Shown here: positions 61,862 to 64,000 of the stretch, piece after piece
Numbering within the stretch: the stretch's first letter is position 1
Layout of the letters: each line of letters begins with the position of its first letter
Assembly: GCA_964016885.1 (NCBI GenBank)
Contig: CAXHJY010001131.1
Coordinates: 20,714 to 84,713 of the forward strand
Source of the DNA: Eledone cirrhosa
Lineage: Eukaryota
Reading direction: 5' to 3'
DNA length: 64,000 nucleotides
Made by a program: the position numbers and the translations under genes
The notes under the pieces: model-generated
Seen by the model: only the letters and a program-made list of their open reading frames with translations
The model's database searches: none
What the model was told of the DNA's origin: nothing

Positions 61862-62035
61862 ACGGAGGAGTTGTGATAAGAAACCAGATGGACCATAATG
61901 CACCAGAGTACTCAATACTTAAGATAGTAGAGTGGGTAATAGGAGAAAGTATGACCCTGAGGGCAAAGCTCAAGCCGTTTCGACAGAAATAGCCGTCTAA
62001 ACGGCTTGAGCTCTGCCGTCAGGATCATACTTTCT
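61860..62035. mobile_element. Family H3 element
   Basis: Same family, adjacent to the H1 palindrome. Confidence 0.75.
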
Positions 62036-62075
<40 letters not shown>

Positions 62076-62091
62076 ATATATATATATATAT

Positions 62092-62224
62092 AAGTTTTAA
62101 TATAGATGAGATTCTACAGGACTAGAACTGTTTCATTCTTTAGAAATCATCAGGAATCTTGATTCCTGATGATTTCTAAAGAATGAAACAGTTCTAGTCC
62201 TGTAGAATCTCATCTATATTAAAA

Positions 62225-62227
<3 letters not shown>
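62092..62227. mobile_element. Family H1 perfect palindrome carrying a complete hammerhead on each strand
   Basis: Arms of about 67 bp with a TT spacer (62159-60). Hammerheads at 62109-62159 (-) and 62161-62209 (+). (TA)n on both sides. Confidence 0.88.
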
Positions 62228-62320
<93 letters not shown>

Positions 62321-62577
62321 TCTATATATGTATATATGCATATAGATATTTAACATATATATTCATATACTCACAACCTCACGATTACCACAACTATGTA
62401 GATATACGCAACAGATATAGCTTTATTATCACCGTAGTCTGTTGGCTGTAAGTATAACTTACATTTGTGTTATCATATCAAGATATTTCGTTTATCTCGT
62501 ATCATATTTCTCTCACACTGTCTCTTTTTACATACACACACTTCCACACTCACACACACACACATATATATATATAT

Positions 62578-62609
<32 letters not shown>

Positions 62610-62667
62610 GTGTGTGTGTAATATGTATATAATATATATTATATATATTATATATATATATTATATG

Positions 62668-63060
62668 CGCCGAGGTTAACTTTGCCTTTGATCCTTACAG
62701 GGTCGATAAAATATAGTACCAGTAATACACTGGAATAATTGCTGGCCTTGTGCCAAAAATAGAAACAATTATACATAATATATAATATATACATATATAT
62801 ATATATGTATATATATGTGTATATATAATACATATTTATACATATAATATATATATAATATATAAATATATATGTATATATATATAATTGTCACTACTTT
62901 TGGCACAAGGCCAGCAATTAACCAGTGCATTACTTTATTTTATCGACCCCGTAAGGATGAAAGGCAAAGTCAACCTCGGCGGGATTTGAACTCAGATCGT
63001 AAAGGGACGTAACTACGCTGGAAAGCATGGCGTCCGACCCTCTACTGGTACTGCCAATGC

Positions 63061-63063
<3 letters not shown>
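62668..63063. mobile_element. Two S1 SINEs tail-to-tail across a (TA) tract
   Basis: 62668-62770 (+) and 62886-63063 (-). Confidence 0.82.
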
Positions 63064-63112
<49 letters not shown>

Positions 63113-63129
63113 ATATATATATATATATG

Positions 63130-63340
<211 letters not shown>

Positions 63341-63439
63341 GAGAAGAAAGAAGAATACTGCGTGGTTTGCACATGGGTTACATATGATAAAAATAGTCCT
63401 TCGTCAGTGATTTGCCAACCATCATTGGTATTTCATCGC

Positions 63440-63478
<39 letters not shown>

Positions 63479-64000
63479 ATATATATATATACGTGTGTGT
63501 GTGTGTGTGTGTGTGAGTGTACCTAATTAAGTATGTATAAATGTACGTATGCACGTGTAAGTGTTGCGTATATAAAACCTTCGCTATGGAAAACTGTGTA
63601 CAGGGTCTGTCGTAGGAGTCACACATGTATCTACCCGTATCCTTTTTATATACAAATAGAGAGAGATGACAGAGCAGAGAAAGAAGTTAGGGAGAATTAG
63701 TCTGATAAGGGGTAATAATGTCAGTAATAGAATTGTACTTTATTGATCGACCTGGAATTGGTGAAAGTTACTGTCGACATCGGCGGGAACTTCGACGCCA
63801 TGAGCTGGCAGAAACACGAATGACGTTTAATCTGAAACCCTTACGACCCTGCCAATTCACCCCTTTTAACATGGAGTAACAATCCCAAAACTTCAGTTTC
63901 TTTATTATTTGATCCCTGGTCAAGCTTTCCAAATGTTCTTCATTCCCATTGCTTCTTATTAATTCTGATTGCTTGCAACCTCGATTGTATGTTGAATTGT

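Overview
Eukaryotic, extremely microsatellite-rich DNA ((TA)n, (CA)n, (GA)n, (TACA)n, (GAA)n). The repeat landscape suggests a coleoid cephalopod such as Octopus (inference only). There is one real protein-coding gene: an intronless class III POU transcription factor (POU3/Brn/vvl type, 8166-9509, minus strand) with a CCAAT-box promoter, followed upstream by about 54 kb of gene desert. Almost all other ORFs in the track are microsatellite artefacts. The desert holds about 30 copies of a tRNA-derived SINE (some with TSDs), a second tRNA-SINE family (one copy amplified into a 153-bp tandem array), LINE remnants (RTE/BovB, RTE 3' ends, R4/Dong-like, Vingi/I-like) and two MITEs. The most striking signal is a set of at least six families of short (100-300 bp) non-coding elements sitting in (TA)n tracts. 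They are often built as head-to-head inverted repeats, carry type I hammerhead ribozyme cores (CUGANGA...GAAA...UH, several fully foldable by hand, one family showing covariation) and several share a 3' GTATTGAGTAC-like motif. They look like non-autonomous Penelope-like/retrozyme-type elements. Coordinates were counted by hand and repeat boundaries are approximate.
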